The notes: generated from the sequence alone by a model not told the origin. DNA of 64,000 bases from Haplodiscus bocki (GCA_965655095.1 OZ296650.1:9424001-9488000), one strand, 5' to 3'. Shown: positions 1-14,800, counted from the stretch's first letter. A program made the numbers and translations.

Positions 1-981
1 ATTTCAAAAATTCAAAAATCACAAAAATGCAGTTTCTTGAATCAGAATTGGGTGGCTGAAAAAAGAGTTTTTGGCGACTGTGCCTTTTATACTCAGCTTG
101 ACATGCTTAGCCGTGATCAGCATTATTTTGCTGGTCATCGTCTGGTGCATGATCTGACTTTCATGCTTCAAGGTTGACTATTTTTGGGATAGTTGTCAGG
201 GAACTGTCCCGAAAGTTACTATTCTTGGTCCGCCTGATATAAATTGGAACGCGGACGAAATTTTGTAGTTAGCTTGTTTGAAACAACAAGACAGTTGATG
301 GTTACTAGTTCTGATGGCTGCTAAATTTATTCAAACTGGTGCAATTTTTAATGACGTTCGTTGTTGAGTTGGCGGCCAAATTTGCTGACGTACATTGATT
401 TGAATTGTGGCGGTCATCTCCACAACAGAAGCTGTTTCGTCAGGAGGATATTTTTAAATAGTCTTCTGAAGTGGCTGGCGTGATAGAATGTTGCCATCAA
501 TAGTGGCGTGACCACATATTTTAAATAAAGCACCGGATAAGTGAGTTCTTTAATTGTGAAAAGCGCCGATTTAGTGGTTAAAGTATGCGCGTATAAAATG
601 CAAGTTATGTCATGTTTAAGTTTAACGTTGTTTCAATTCTGCATTCTTTCAATTATGAGCTTGTCATACTATCATTTCTGGCTGCGTCAGTTGCGAAATT
701 TGGTGAAACCTTTACTCGCTCAAAATGTTCCACCAGACACGTAAAATGCAGTTTTGACAACCCTGCCGAAAATTTATCGCTCAAAGTCCAGAAAAAATTA
801 CATTTTTTTCCATTTTTCTTCAATTTTTTAAATCAAAACTTTCCTCTCTACAAGAGCAAAGCATTTTTGACGACCCAGCGAAATCTTTTGCCTCGAAGTC
901 TGAAATTTTTTAAATGAAAATCCAAAAAATATAATATTTTTAAGCTTTGCCTAAAATGTTCTCCTGGACACGTAGAATGCA

Positions 982-1699
982 CCCGGGTTGACAGCCATAG
1001 TCAAGCATGACGATCATGGTAAGATCATGTCATGGTCATCATGAAATATAGCATGATCATGGCATGGCCGTCATGGAAAATAGCATGATCATGCCATGGT
1101 GACCATGGTCATTATTATAACGTACTCAGGATGCTAATTATCCAACCAACTTTGTTAATTAGTGAGCAGGTGGTAGTCCGTTACTTTTTAATATGAAATA
1201 TTTTGGACGAACCCATCAGAAACTACCCGAAAAACTTTTGATAAAATGGATCTCTCTCCCAAAGTTTCGAAATTACCAAAAGTAACAAAAAGCTGTAATA
1301 TGTATGTTATTGAAACTCTTGTTTAATAAGAAATTGCTGTTTGATTATTACCGGAGAAATAAATCTTTCAAGAGTAATATTCTTTTAAGTTTGCTGACTC
1401 ACCACTTTGGAGGCGTAAATTCCTCTAAAGCCTGTTAAGTGTGCCATATAATGGTATATGGCAGCAACTATTTGAAAAAACATTGACAAAAAATCTATTT
1501 TTTTTTCAAAAAAAAGATTAAAAACATGATGATCATAACATGGTAATCATATCATGATCATGACATGAATCATGACAACCATGCCAAGAAACAAGGCCAC
1601 CATGCCGTCATCATGGCATGATCATGACCATGTTTCGCCATGATCATGGTATGATCATGGCAAGATCATGGCATGGCAGCCATGTTTTTCCAACCCGGG
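982..1699 (+). mobile_element. Non-autonomous TIR element (MITE; probably CMC/EnSpm-type) with CATGATCATG subterminal arrays
   Basis: CCCGGGTTG...CAACCCGGG termini and 2-bp TSD CA. It splits GTAGAATGCA|GTTTTGACAAC, whose uninterrupted form is seen at 741-761. Confidence 0.85.
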
Positions 1700-2672
1700 C
1701 AGTTTTGACAACCATTCTATAAAAATTTTCTCAACGTCCGAAAATATCTCAGCCAAACCCAAAAATTTTGCGCTCGGGCAGCAAAAAAAATGAATTTTTT
1801 TCATTCATTGATCATACTATGAATCATGGTATTAATGGCCAGAAAGTTGGCCGAAATGTCGTTTTCATGACGGTCATGTTTTCCAAACCGCCCCGAGATT
1901 CAATTTATTTGAAATTATTTTGGTATGTTGAAGTGTTCTCTACTCTCACGCTGCTTGTTATATATAAAACTATGGATTTTTTTTCAAAATTTTGTATTAG
2001 TTTACGGCAGTTTGATTAAATGAAGTTAAAACATATGTCAAAAAAATGGGGCAGTTTATTCAGCTTCGGAAACTTCTCGTAAAAATAGCTGTTGCAGATT
2101 TCTCGTCAATTACGGAAGTGTAGACTCTTTCGGTGTCCAGGTTTGCGTCCCATCACATGTAGCATATATGTGAAGCACCTAAAACACAAAAAGGGTCAAC
2201 AACAAGTTCCCTTTGCGCATGCAGCCTCCTAGTAGCTTACAGGATCATTAAAATCCGTGATGAATCCTGTTCCAACCTGGGGGTATCAATTGAACATCGA
2301 GACAAACTAGTGCCAATATTTGTGTTAAAATTCGGCGATCAGCAAAATATTTCAGTAATTTACCGATAAAAATCTTTCCTCGATTCTTCGAACTAAAGAA
2401 GAGCGAGAGAAGAACTTTCCTAGGTCCGCAATGTTGACTCAGAAAGCATATTGAAGATCAAGCTTTTATAAAATAAATTTATACACCGACATCAATTATG
2501 ATTTTTTTAAATAGAATTTGTTTTTTTTTATCAGAGAATCAGAGATTGTTTAAATGTAGATTAGAAGATCTGTTAAAGAAGAAATGTAGATATGTCGTCC
2601 TGATATGGAGGGATGATATAAGAGATCAGGACCTTGCGTGAAAAATAAACTCTCCCATATTATCTAACGTAT

Positions 2673-3200
2673 CCCGAGTTGACAAGCATGGTCAAATATG
2701 ATGATAATGCTATTCATACTCGCCATGGTATGATCTGGTGATTTCATGACATGTTTTTCATGAAACATGCAATGATCACGCCATGGTCGCCATGGAAGAT
2801 GCCATGATTATGCGATGGTGACCATGGTCATTATTATAACGTATTCTGAACGCTAATTATGCAGAAAATTTTGTTAATTGGTATCCAGGTGGTGGTCCCT
2901 CATTTTTTAAAGTAGAGCGTATTGAAAGAACCCATCAGAAACTTTCCTAAAGGCGTTTACTACAATGGATCGCTTTCCTAAAAATTCGAGATTATCGAAA
3001 GTAACGAAAACCGTTAGTATATATGTTATATCGAAACTATTGTTAAAATGGACTTTCTTGAGAAAAACTCTTTATAGACAAAAAATTTTACGCCTTCCTG
3101 GAGTTAACTTCGTTCTAAAATGCTGAATTTGCCGAAAAGAGGCGAAGTTTCCTCTGAAAACAGTTAAGTATGTGATGTAGTGGTACACAGTACCCCAATA
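2673..3200 (+). mobile_element. 3'-truncated copy of the CCCGGG/CATG MITE
   Basis: CCCGAGTTGACAA start, CATG array, GGTCATTATTATAACG and CAGGTGG core; right end not found. Confidence 0.7.
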
Positions 3201-6200
3201 GCTGACAATATTCAGAAAGTTAAAATATTCAGAAAGATAAAGTGGGACTGTATCATCAATATTTCTGATTCATTTGGAGATGAATATTTTTTATTTCACC
3301 AGCGATATTGTTATGGACCTTTTAGCAACCTTAATTTCTAAATATCTATGTTTCCTCAAATTCTCGAATTCCTGGCAAATTTCAATCCTCGAATCGCCGT
3401 GTATAAGAACAGAATTGTCCAGGGGATTCGTCGCTAGAAGCAGGGCTAAAAAATTACTCAGAAAAAGCCCTCAACGCTTCAAATTAAGTTCAACTCAATT
3501 GATCGTTGAAGTTAAAACATCGCCAGCTCACTCAGTGGGAATAAGGTCTAAAGATGCTCCCTTCCAGGGAAAAACACTTTTAATGGATAACCTTTGTTAT
3601 TGTCTACCCAAAATCGACAATCAATTTATAAACCAAAGTTTCAGTACTTTCACTCTCTTTCTCATCAGCAATCTCTTTCGGTTTTACGTAGCTTCTACTG
3701 GTTTGTTCAAGCAGGGAGATGATTTCAAAACATCTCAGATGTAACTTTGAGTTTTCGGAAACAATGTTTCGCTGCCAATTGCTATATCCTAAATTTATAA
3801 TCGGAATTTTAGTTTACTTGTAATTACCAGACTGACCTTGTTTTTCAGGGAAATGGCGTTTCTTACTGTCTGTGAGTTCAGGGGCTAAACCAAGAACAGG
3901 TGCATTGTCTTCTTTGGGAGTGAACACACTGCTTGAGTAGGTGTAGCATTTGCTGAAATGTTTAGACTGTGGGTGCTGGAAAACCTTTTTAGTGTCTTGT
4001 TCCACACAACAGCGAGTGTCGTACAATCGGTATCTCTCTCCGCCATCCGCTGAAGAGACTGTCAAATCATTAAAGCCATTGTATTTACGCTTAAAAATAC
4101 AATTCAGAGAACCAATTAGTATGTTTCCCTGCAAATTTGAAATGAAATTCATGTCAAATTAGAAAGTAATTGGCCGAATATTTCAATTAAAATTTAATCA
4201 ATCGAAGTAAATTTTGACTAGCGAAACGGAGTATGGCGGTTTTTCCAACGTGAAACATTTTTGCCAAAAAATTGACACGGCTGGCACGATCATGCACGAT
4301 CATGGCAACCTTCCCATGTTTTTTAAGGGACTTAGGTAAAACTTCCAAGGGTTTCCATACTTCTTTGCAAAGTTTGCAGGACAGCCTTACAAAGATTTTG
4401 GCAAGATACTGACCATATCTCACCAAAGCTCAAGCATTTCAATGAGGCTACCATGGTTTTGCATGCATCTTAACATGCCTTGATCATGGCAAGGTCACAA
4501 CGATCCAAAACACTTGGCGAAATATTCTTTATTGGTGAAAAACTATCACAGCATACTTGATGTAAGTTTTCAATATGCAAAGTTCACATGTATATCCTAA
4601 ATGGAACGTCAGTAAGATGTCTTTCCAGGAGTTGCAAGATACAAATCGATTTTAGATTTAAGTTTTAAGCCCCGATTTAGACGCTAGGAGTTGACCAAGG
4701 CAAGCCATGAAAGGCACTGAACTGAGAAAACCATGCCGAATTGCCAATAAATAGCTTTTTATGCGCCTCTAGATGTCCAATAAACGACGTCGCGATATGA
4801 AACAAGTTGGTGTTACTTGAGTTTAAATTTACCAATGTGTAAAAAAGTTCAGGAGAAATTTTAATGGTGAATTAATGGCGCGTTTTTTAAGTGGAAATGA
4901 AGGCTCTCTGTGCTCAAAGTGAAGCTTTCAACAACTAAGTTCGTCTATATGATTTCACGACAGGTAGTGTGAGCTTGGGGTCAATTTGAGGAGGTCCGGC
5001 CTAATGGGCACCAAGGTGAGGGCTGCAGTGGACATTTCAGTTTCAGAATGGTTTCTAGAAATAATCATGTTTGCATTAGTCTGGTTTATGATAATGTTAG
5101 CTTTTTGTTCTAATTGTTGTTCGGTCGTCTCCTGCGACGAAGAGTGACATCGACACGCTTCCCGCGTAACTGCAAAACACTTTGAAAAAGAAGAAATGCT
5201 GCTGGATGGTACACGTTTGCTTGAAATGCAAATCCTTGAACCTCAACTCTTGCTTACGTGTGGATGCACATTGTGGGTTGCCGGTAGCGGTGCCATTTGA
5301 TTTGGATGATCGCAAAGCAAGTAAAATCTTCGAATGCGAACTGATTCTGTAAGAGATCGTTTTTTTGAGCAAGTATGTGTGCCGTAAGACGCCGAGCTTG
5401 GGCAGTGAGCTTGTCGATCTGCAATTGTATTTAAAAGCCATCTCTGAAATCGTTGTGATGCAAAGTCCTGTCCACGGATACCAATAAAATGGGTGACTGG
5501 TCGCCATACGTATAGGACAACTGCAATTAGCAACAGGCTTCTTTCGTCGTTTATTTAAAAGTTTAATTTTGACAAGGCCAATGGAGAAGCAAAAGAGAAA
5601 GCGGGTCACCTTGCAAAACGCCTGATGAGTTGGCAATGAGTTTTTGGGTGGCGTCTTGAAAAACAACGCTAAGGGCCGCTTCCGAAGAACAAGAACTAAA
5701 TCAGATGTGTTAGAATTTACAGTCGAGACACTTCTGACTGATTGTAACACTGCCTCGCAAGCCGATGGCACGCATATCACCACCTTAACAGTAAAAAGCA
5801 GATTTTGATTTGGTTCGTTGATTTTCCGGCGAAATATTTAGAAAAATATTAATTGCAAGTCTTTTCAATGGCTATTGGGCATATACCTTCATCTGGATTC
5901 TTCAATGCTCTTAGTCTCGCTCCACAGAGGATGACCTTAGCCTTGCCTTGAATTTGACATGAAAGCATAGGGTAGTAGCATTGCCGAGGTGTCTCATGGC
6001 GAAGTCTTATGCGACCGATACACGACAATATAACCCAACATTTTTATGCTCAAGTCATACAGATGAGAGGATGTGGACAGGATATTTTTACGGGTTGCCA
6101 TTACAACACGTGCTCCGACGTTTCTCTAATAAAAAAATCGCTATTCAGAAATGATTGCATATCCAGTTTACGAATTGGGACTTAGTTTACTTACACAGTG

Positions 6201-7761
6201 TCAAATGGTTTGTCACAGTCGGCCGCGAAACCATCACAAAAGATACTGAACTGATTTCCAAAGGTTTTGTTAACGACCCATGATTAAAGCACCTCGTGCA
6301 TTTCCATCATTGATGCCTCCAGAGCGATCATATCTGATTTTTCTTTGAAATGAAAATCTGACTCTTTCCACAGGTATAATAAATAATCGCTTGACATCCA
6401 GTGTTTCAGTAGAAATGAGAACCGTTCCATAATTTTGTTTTTTTTTGCTGTCGACGTGCCCTTGGAACATGAAAAGTTGCTTGTAACTACATCTTTACTC
6501 ACACGACGGCAAATTGCTGTTGAGGATAGGGTTTTGAGTTGGAGGAAAAAATGAATAAAAATCAAATCAGTTCCAGCTAATTGTTGCAATGGAAGTCAGC
6601 GCTCTGCAATTGAATTTTGTCGGTAACAATCATCATTGTGTGTGCCTAGATTAGTGCATCATTTTGTAGTTCACAAGTTCAAGTGTTAGAAGGGACGGAA
6701 TAAGTTGAGATTGCCAGAAAACGGGGGTTGAAGTTGCTCAAAATGGCTCTAGCTACCCGATGAGCTTAATCGTGGAAAGCAACAATGTGAGCCCAAATTT
6801 TTCGCTGCTGAAAGATTAGGGAAATTAATTTGAAAAGACCAAGTTTTTAGAAGCAAAGCTGTACTCTGTCACAGATTTGATGTCTTATACTGCCTTTCTT
6901 GTGTACGAAGGCTACCTATCTGATTCAGGATAAGAATCGTTTGTTTTTCTTCAGCAAAAGTTTGACGGAATTTTTTTCGAAACTTTTGGCTGTTCGGTTT
7001 AAGGTAGCGTTTACACCATGCTATAAATGGAGTTTTCTGAGCATATGCTGATTTGGTTCCGAAAGTTAGCATCTGTTGGTTTCGAAAACATTTGATGTTG
7101 GCAATTTTTCGTAGGTGAGTAAACACTGAAAATAGTTCACAAGAGAGACCTGTCACACGGGTCAAACTTTCTTTGTATCATTTGGAACGGCCAAACATAC
7201 CCTGTTCTTATAGCAATCACGTCAACCGGTGGAATACGAACCGATGGCATCATTTCAGAAAGCCCATAGAATTTGTGTAATTAAATGCTGTATTTCAAAC
7301 CGTTAATCAATTGTGCCTGGTGGTCGCATCAATTATGCGCATCGATAAAAAATGAAGCCCGCGAAAGGTTCTGTTGAAAGTTTTGTTGAAACTTTTTTAA
7401 TCAACAAAAAACTAATGGAAAATTATCTGAAATAATTCCCAGAAGTCACTAGTATCATATTCCTTTTCTAATTTCTATATCGTGAAAACTAATTTTGGGA
7501 CACAAACTTGTCTGCAGAGGTTCAATGTATTGGTCAACTGAGTTCCTCTGACCGAGATATACTGATAAAAATGTCAAATAATTTACTTTCTTTTTGTATT
7601 TTTTTCAAAAACTTCCAAAATTTCACACCTAATTTCTCAGATTTTTTGAGCTCATGGAATTATTTTTTGACAAGGTAACACAAATTGTCGAGATACGATA
7701 AGTTGATTTTTCAAAAGTTTCAATGATTTGTCTTCAGCAACTACTTTTGGGAAGCGGAAGG

Positions 7762-9491
7762 TGTCGCAGCACATCTGCGAGGCTTGTGGACAGGCGCACT
7801 AGGAGCCGAAGTACATACCAGGCTCGTCTTCAACAAACTAAAAACTCAAGACTGAAAACTTCATTCACAAACAGTACATTAATTTCATCATTTGTACATA
7901 AATGATACGTAGTAGTTACGTATCAACCTCATGCACATATAGGTAATTCATGTAAACGATACGTAGTGGTTACATATCGTTCCATATTATTTACTCTATG
8001 AAAAAGCACGTATCCTATACGTGTAATTCCGGTGAACTGATCCAGATTGGGACGGAACAACTACATAACAAACGGATATTCATTCTACTTTCCCTACTGT
8101 ATATTAATATTATTATTAGGTGCTATTTTTATAACTAATTTAAAAAATTAGTATATAGATCAACCTTTTCAATTGACTTGTGCAGTAATTTAAATCTAGA
8201 TTGACAGTGTCAACAAGTTTGCAATAACTATTACAGCTATTATTAGAGATCGTGAATTTAAAAGTGAATAATTGTTCTATATGTGTTCCGTCGCAACTAG
8301 TCTGACGACGTCACTAGAATTTAAGCCAATCCGCTGCGCCACTACGCTGTGTCAGTTTGGACAAACACGGAACAGTTATGTAGCCACCCATTTCATTCTC
8401 CTCAGTAGCACTGCGGAGAGCAGTGCTACAAGCGGTTACGTAGTTGTTCCGGAACGCTTTGGCCAAAATGAGGAACCGGCTAGTAGAAATGAGGTACGGG
8501 ATAGGAAAAAACCTAGTTTCGTTCCCAGCAGTGGATTTAATCGATGCAATATGTAAACACATATAAACATGAACTTTGTCCATCAATATTATGTATTTTA
8601 ATTCATGTATTTTATATAGATTTGGTGTACTTTTTTAGCAAGTGACTCTCTTGGAAATTCTTTTGATCTTTTGTTTATGTTAATATTTTTTGTGTCGGCA
8701 CCAGATTAGACCCGTACTTTTTTCCGTCGAAAGATGAAAAAGACGCGGTATATGGAAAAAGAAATGGACGGTGAGTTGTTTGTTTCCCACCAGAGTTGGC
8801 ATTTTTCCTTTATAAATAATATGATTAAACTACTTTTCCCTATTTGTACCTTGAATTGGCGTGTAAACAATTATGTTTCCCGCCAAGCAAAAGGTATAAA
8901 TAGGAGAAACGAAAGTACTAATAGAGTAATATAAATTTGTAGCCTTTGGTATTGTACTCATTTCCTGAAATTATTAACTGTTTGTTTTCGTTGAAACCCT
9001 TTTCCCTCATAATAGAGGTGATCAACACTTTTGTTATAAATTAAACTTCAATTTTCACAACTGACGGAGCTTTTCCCTCAGAATCATTGCAACATTGAGG
9101 AATAAGAGAAAATTAGCGGCAGTTTCGAGTGAAACACCTGAAAACACAAGGAACAGTCAGTCGCAAAGCACACTTGATCCGGGAATGGCTCAAGAATACA
9201 TCTCCCAGGTTTCTGAAGAAATTGAAGGGAGGGTCACTAAAAAACTTTCCAAAGAATTCAGCCGGACGGAGTCACGCATTTTGGGTGCTTTGTCTAAACT
9301 TTATGAATTTCTTCTGAACCCACAAGTTCGGACTTGTTCAGTAGCTGTTCCGGGTACATCCAGGAACAACGACTCAGAAAACCGGGAGCCCACTGGGGAT
9401 CGGTCCCTAGACAATCCTTGTCCCGAAGCGGTGTTCTCTGCCTGCCACCCTAGTAATCTAAATGATTCAGAAGAGGACGAGACTCATCACA
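7762..9491 (+). mobile_element. Solo LTR (1730 bp) containing a gag-leader-like ORF (9095-9491)
   Basis: TG(7762)...CA(9491) with a perfect 5-bp TSD GAAGG (7757-7761, 9492-9496). Confidence 0.85.
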
Positions 9492-10367
9492 GAAGGAGCT
9501 CGTAAATTATGTCGGTTCTGAAAACTTTGTTGTTCAACAATGCCGTTCCTGGTGAACATATACATCCCATTGAGAAAAGATAACGGAGCAGTTTGTTTTT
9601 CGCGCACTGTGTTTTTACTATGTTGTACGCTAAAATAGATTTAAAAATTTCAAACCACAAACATGTAAACGACGACAATTTAATTTTGTTTGTCTGGAAA
9701 ACAGAAACAAGTACAGAATGGAAAAGACAGAAATTGACACTACCCTTAATTATTAATAGCGAAGAAAATAAATTCGTTGTTGGGATTTGACGAATTATCG
9801 GCAGCATATAATAAACAATCAAACATCGGGGAAATCAAACGAAATTTTGAAAAATATTCCACCGAGCTTAAAAAAAACTTGATGAAGTCGGTAAACAGAA
9901 TCGACGACTGATTTTCAGAAGTCAAAGGGGTAAAAACAAAAAAAGTGCTCAAAATTGCAGTGGATTAATAAAAACTGGACAACACATCAATAAAAAACGC
10001 TAAAGCCAAAAATGGACGAGATAATTTCAATATATTACAGAAAGATAGATTAGAAAACGGAAGTTGGATCACATAATTAGATCTGGATGATACGTACGGA
10101 CGGCTGAAATTACAGTCAATGAAAATGACTTGCAAAGTTATTACAAAAGATAATGGTCTTTACGATTTCGATGACAAAAAATGGATGACCCTGGATCAAC
10201 CCACATGGATGACCTGTAGGTGACACAAAATGGACTACTTTCAAAGATCTGGCAACTTCCTCAAAATTAATACATTTCTTGTAATTTTTTTAAGGAAATG
10301 GACTCCTTTCAAGGTCCTTCCATGCCAAGACATTACTTGCAAAACCTTTGCAAGTACCTTTCAAGGG

Positions 10368-10567
10368 NNNNNNNNNNNNNNNNNNNNNNNNNNNNNNNNN
10401 NNNNNNNNNNNNNNNNNNNNNNNNNNNNNNNNNNNNNNNNNNNNNNNNNNNNNNNNNNNNNNNNNNNNNNNNNNNNNNNNNNNNNNNNNNNNNNNNNNNN
10501 NNNNNNNNNNNNNNNNNNNNNNNNNNNNNNNNNNNNNNNNNNNNNNNNNNNNNNNNNNNNNNNNNNN
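10368..10567. other. Assembly gap (200 N)
   Basis: Run of N. Confidence 1.
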
Positions 10568-11198
10568 ATCATGGACAATGCAGTGTCTCATGAACTGTCT
10601 GAACTTGATGACTTTTTCGTGAGCATGACTTTTGAGAATAATGAAGTTTTTCAACAGATATCTAAACTCACATGATCACATCTTCTCACACCCTTCATGA
10701 GGTCTATCTGGAATTTCGTGATCAATGTTTGGAGGTAATTTCTTGACACCCGAGCACCATTGTTTTTCTAACGGCTTTATCTTGAGTAACATCCTTTGCC
10801 ATTTGTCATAAAAAACCTGTGATTGAGACTCAATTTTTCACGTGACGAATTTATTTGACAAAAAGTTGTTTTCTCAAAACGCTGAGTCTGTTCTAGCTAG
10901 GATGTATTTTTTGGCGCGACTAGTTTTTCGAATTACATTTCCCGATTACTGGTGTCGTAGCACATCTGCAAAAGGGCTGCCTGATCCTGATGTCTGAGTG
11001 TTTTCTGTCCAATAGCTAACACAAAAATACCCAGATGCCCAAATGCCCAGACACTTTAATTGAATCAAGCCCAAAAAAATCAAAACTATTGAGTTTGAGT
11101 TTCTGGTCTTGTTGTCAAACCCCTCTTCTTTTGTGGGCTATATCGGTTGTTTTTCCCCTTCTTTGTTGGATCTTTTTGTGGCAGCACGGGCTTGTACT

Positions 11199-11885
11199 CC
11201 CCAGTTGACAACCAAGGTCAAACATAACGATCATACTCGCCATGGTATGATCATGGCAAGATCATAGGATGGTCATCATGAAATATAGCATAATCATGGC
11301 ATGGCCGTCATGGAAAAAAGTATGACCATGTCATGGTGACCATGATTATTATTATAACGAAGTCCTGACGCTAATTATCCAACCAACTTTGTTAATTAGT
11401 GCCCAGGTGGTAGTGCGTTACTTGTCAACGCGGAATATATTGAACGAATCCATCAGAAACTACCCGAGAGATGTTTGATTAGAATGAATATTTTCTCCAA
11501 AAATTCGAAATTACCTAAAATAACGAAAAACTGTAATCTATAGGTTATATTGGAACTATTGTTAAAAAAGAACTTGTTGCTGACTGGTTAATACAGAAAA
11601 AAACAGTTTGGAGGGGTAATTTCCTCTAAGGCCAGTCAAGAGTGCCAAAAAATGCGATATGGCAGTAACTATTTGTGGAAACATTGACAAAGAATTCATT
11701 TTTTTTAAAAAAAAACATTGAAAACATGATGATTATGCCATGATCATGGTAAGAATCATGAGGACCATTCAAAGAAACTTGGCCGCCATGCCGTTATCAT
11801 GGCATGATCATGACCATGTTTCACCATGATCATGGTATGGTGATGGTAAGATCATGGAATGGCAGCCATGCTTTTTTAACCCAGG
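11199..11885 (+). mobile_element. Second full copy of the CCCGGG/CATG MITE
   Basis: CCCCAGTTGAC...TAACCCAGG, 2-bp TSD CT, collinear with 982-1699. Confidence 0.85.
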
Positions 11886-14800
11886 CTGCCTGCCTTATCA
11901 CTTCCTTGCTTTTCTTTTAAGCCCAGCGTGTAGAAATAGCGTCCAGTATGGAATATGGAACTTTTCAAAATTGTGCAATCTCAGATCGAATCATTTGATC
12001 TGTTTCCTGAAGGTTGCTACTACGAATATCCTGGAAGACGAAAGCTAAAACAAATGGCTTTTTGAAACAAAAATGGAATCTGAACAATTTTTGCTGGTTG
12101 TGGAAAGTGAATTCCAACGGGAAGTCAATTCACATGCTTGTGATACTTTGAAAATCATAATTAAACGGTCGAGTTTCGAACTGACCAAGCAGATTCGCCT
12201 AGTCTGACACAAAATTTCCCAAACTTCGACAAAATCTCGATACAGAATCCCTTATTTTCACTTCCATTTTACCTGATGATCACTTCCCACAGTTAACACA
12301 CGCTTTCCTTCACATATTCCACAAAGTTTCAATAGTGTACTGTGTCACACTGATGCGTATTTTGACAATCTAATTTACTTTTTAGGTTTCAAAGTTTGTC
12401 AAAAAGTTCCATTTTCAACCTGAGATGAATTGAAGGTGTCAAACTATTTATGAAGGGTCGAGGGTCCTCCATATGAATAGAATAAAAGTAGAAAATTTAG
12501 TATTTAGGAGTTTTTCAGTTCGTTCGTACTTCACTTTAGGTTTCCAATATATATCTCAATTTAGCAAAAGAAAGTATACTATTCCTCCAACATTCAGCAA
12601 TTTTTTGGCGATGGCTGGTCCAGTTCAATCATCTTTCTTTCGGCAAAAGTTTCAGTCTGTGGAGATCGGCGCACAATTCAGTTTGGCGTTTAATAACTCC
12701 AGCCGAAAGATATGCACTGTAAATTCACTAAAGTGGTGGAGATTTATGTGGCATGTAATGGGAGGGTTCCACGAAATTTCTTTCTATGTTTGCAGGAAAA
12801 AAATCGAAAAAGCAAAAAAAAGAAATGGTCTATCGTGATAAAAACAAGCTTTTGGCAAATCGAAAGGTTTCAAATAGGTGCCTCATTGAAAATTTAAAGT
12901 TAAAAATGCAAACAGGGGGTATGAAGAAATTCTTTAACGATTTTGATGGAAAAAAATGGCATTTTTAGGCGTGCATCACAAAAATAATCCGAAAATTTCC
13001 TGAAAATACAGAGAGGAGACATCACGAGAACTTGGTACGTTCAGTACTGTCTGGGAGGAACAGTGCTACCCTGGAACTGCAACACTGTAAATTCAATTGA
13101 TTCGAAGTTAGGCTTGCTGTTTTGCAGAAAACGGAAAAGAATTGACCACGGGGTTGAATTTTTTCCGTGCAGCGTCGTCATGGTTCCAAAACTGCCCGTT
13201 TATTTATTCGCCCCATAACGCCACTCCCACCCATTCTAAGGTTCGCCGATGCGTCATCACCGAAGCAACGTTTTTGGGTAAAAATGAAGATCAGCAATTT
13301 TTTTGCGAAGAAGCGCTGGAAGAATTCCGCTAAATCATAATAGAGTAATTCGAAAGTCAATTTTGAAGATGTTCTCCCAGAGAAATCTATTAGATGTGTC
13401 TGCGTTTTCAGGATAAAATTTTAATTGATGTACTTCCGAAAATTTGGTACCACAATTTTAAGGATGACTTTTTCCGTCCAGACAAGCCAGAAGCACTTAT
13501 TGCTAGGAAAACTGTGATTTTCATGGTTTATATATGCTACCATTTTGGGAACTGAACGTAAGTTTTTTTACCGAAAATTTTTCAGAATAACTTTTTTCAA
13601 CTTCTGGAAAAAGTATAGTTTTGGGATCCGGCCAGAAACGTAAAACACATCAAGGAAAAACTTTTGAAATAAAAAACCTATTTGAAACCGTCTACTAACA
13701 GCCGAATTTTACTAACAACCGAATTTTGCCACTAAAATCCAGTAACCACTGCTATTTTCCACGATAGGCCGGTATTCGACGCTATTTTATTACAGGATAC
13801 TGGGCTTCTCCTCTTTTTTCTTCAGCCTCTGTGCCTTTGTCGTTATAAAACTTTGGGAAAAAACTCGGCCCAGCATCTCTTGTAAAGAAAAGCCTGCGAA
13901 TCAGATTCAATTATTCATATTATCAATATGTTTGAATTAAAAAGCCGCTTCCTGCTTAAAACGCCAAACCTGTTAAAGCTAGAAAGTTTTTTTGCGGCCC
14001 AACAAGTTTTAAAAAAATTTATTCGATGGCTGTTGTGGTAGGATGTCTGTTAAGCCTATGGACAAGTCATTTCTGGAAAAAGAGCATTCCCTAGAACCCA
14101 GAAGAATTGATGAACTCACTTATCAAAATGCTACACTATCAATTTTAATTTATCATTAAAAACATAGGCAATGTTACGCTTCAATTTTCTAGACCGTTGA
14201 TCCAGACAAAAACAAAACAAGGACGGAATCATCTGGTTTTTATTTTATTTTCTCAACAAAAGTCTATAAGGTACTATGCTTGTCATTTTCCATTTAATTT
14301 TTTTAAATCAATCCATATTTGGAGTATCTCTCAAATGATTGTGAGAACAGTAATATCGAAAACGAGTATTTTATTAACTGTGCAAAATTGAGTGGACTGT
14401 AGTGTTTAGTTGTTGCGTAAATGCTCAATCCTCACTAGTCTGGTCGTGTCAACCAAGTTGTTGCGATAAATAGGTGCAATCGAAAAAGGGTACGGACAAT
14501 TGTATGCAGTGCCACTCAAAAAATGATATCATTCGTTCTTAGTACTTTACCGGTAGAAAATACAAAATCTCCAGAAAGCTTACACAAATTTCACTACACA
14601 CGAGGAATGCACTAAGAAGGTTCAAAGTTGCTTCTCGTTTTCTTCACTTTCGAGTTAGGGCTGAAACATTTTTGTAAAAAGTGTCACGAACAGTTGCTCA
14701 TATCACTAATCCGCACCTTTAATTTTATTTTTCAATATCATGCTAAACACTATTTTTTATGAATTTCATGGAATGACATGTTTTTGCTGGAATAATTACC

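Noticed and set aside
3274-4162. 156-aa and 112-aa ORFs
   Set aside because: No motifs and composition like random AT-rich sequence.
5097-6600. 228-aa and neighbouring minus-strand ORFs as a gene or transposase
   Set aside because: Non-ATG start and no recognisable motif in any frame; possibly a decayed TE but unsupported.
10230-10675. ORFs spanning the N run
   Set aside because: Artefacts of translating the assembly gap.
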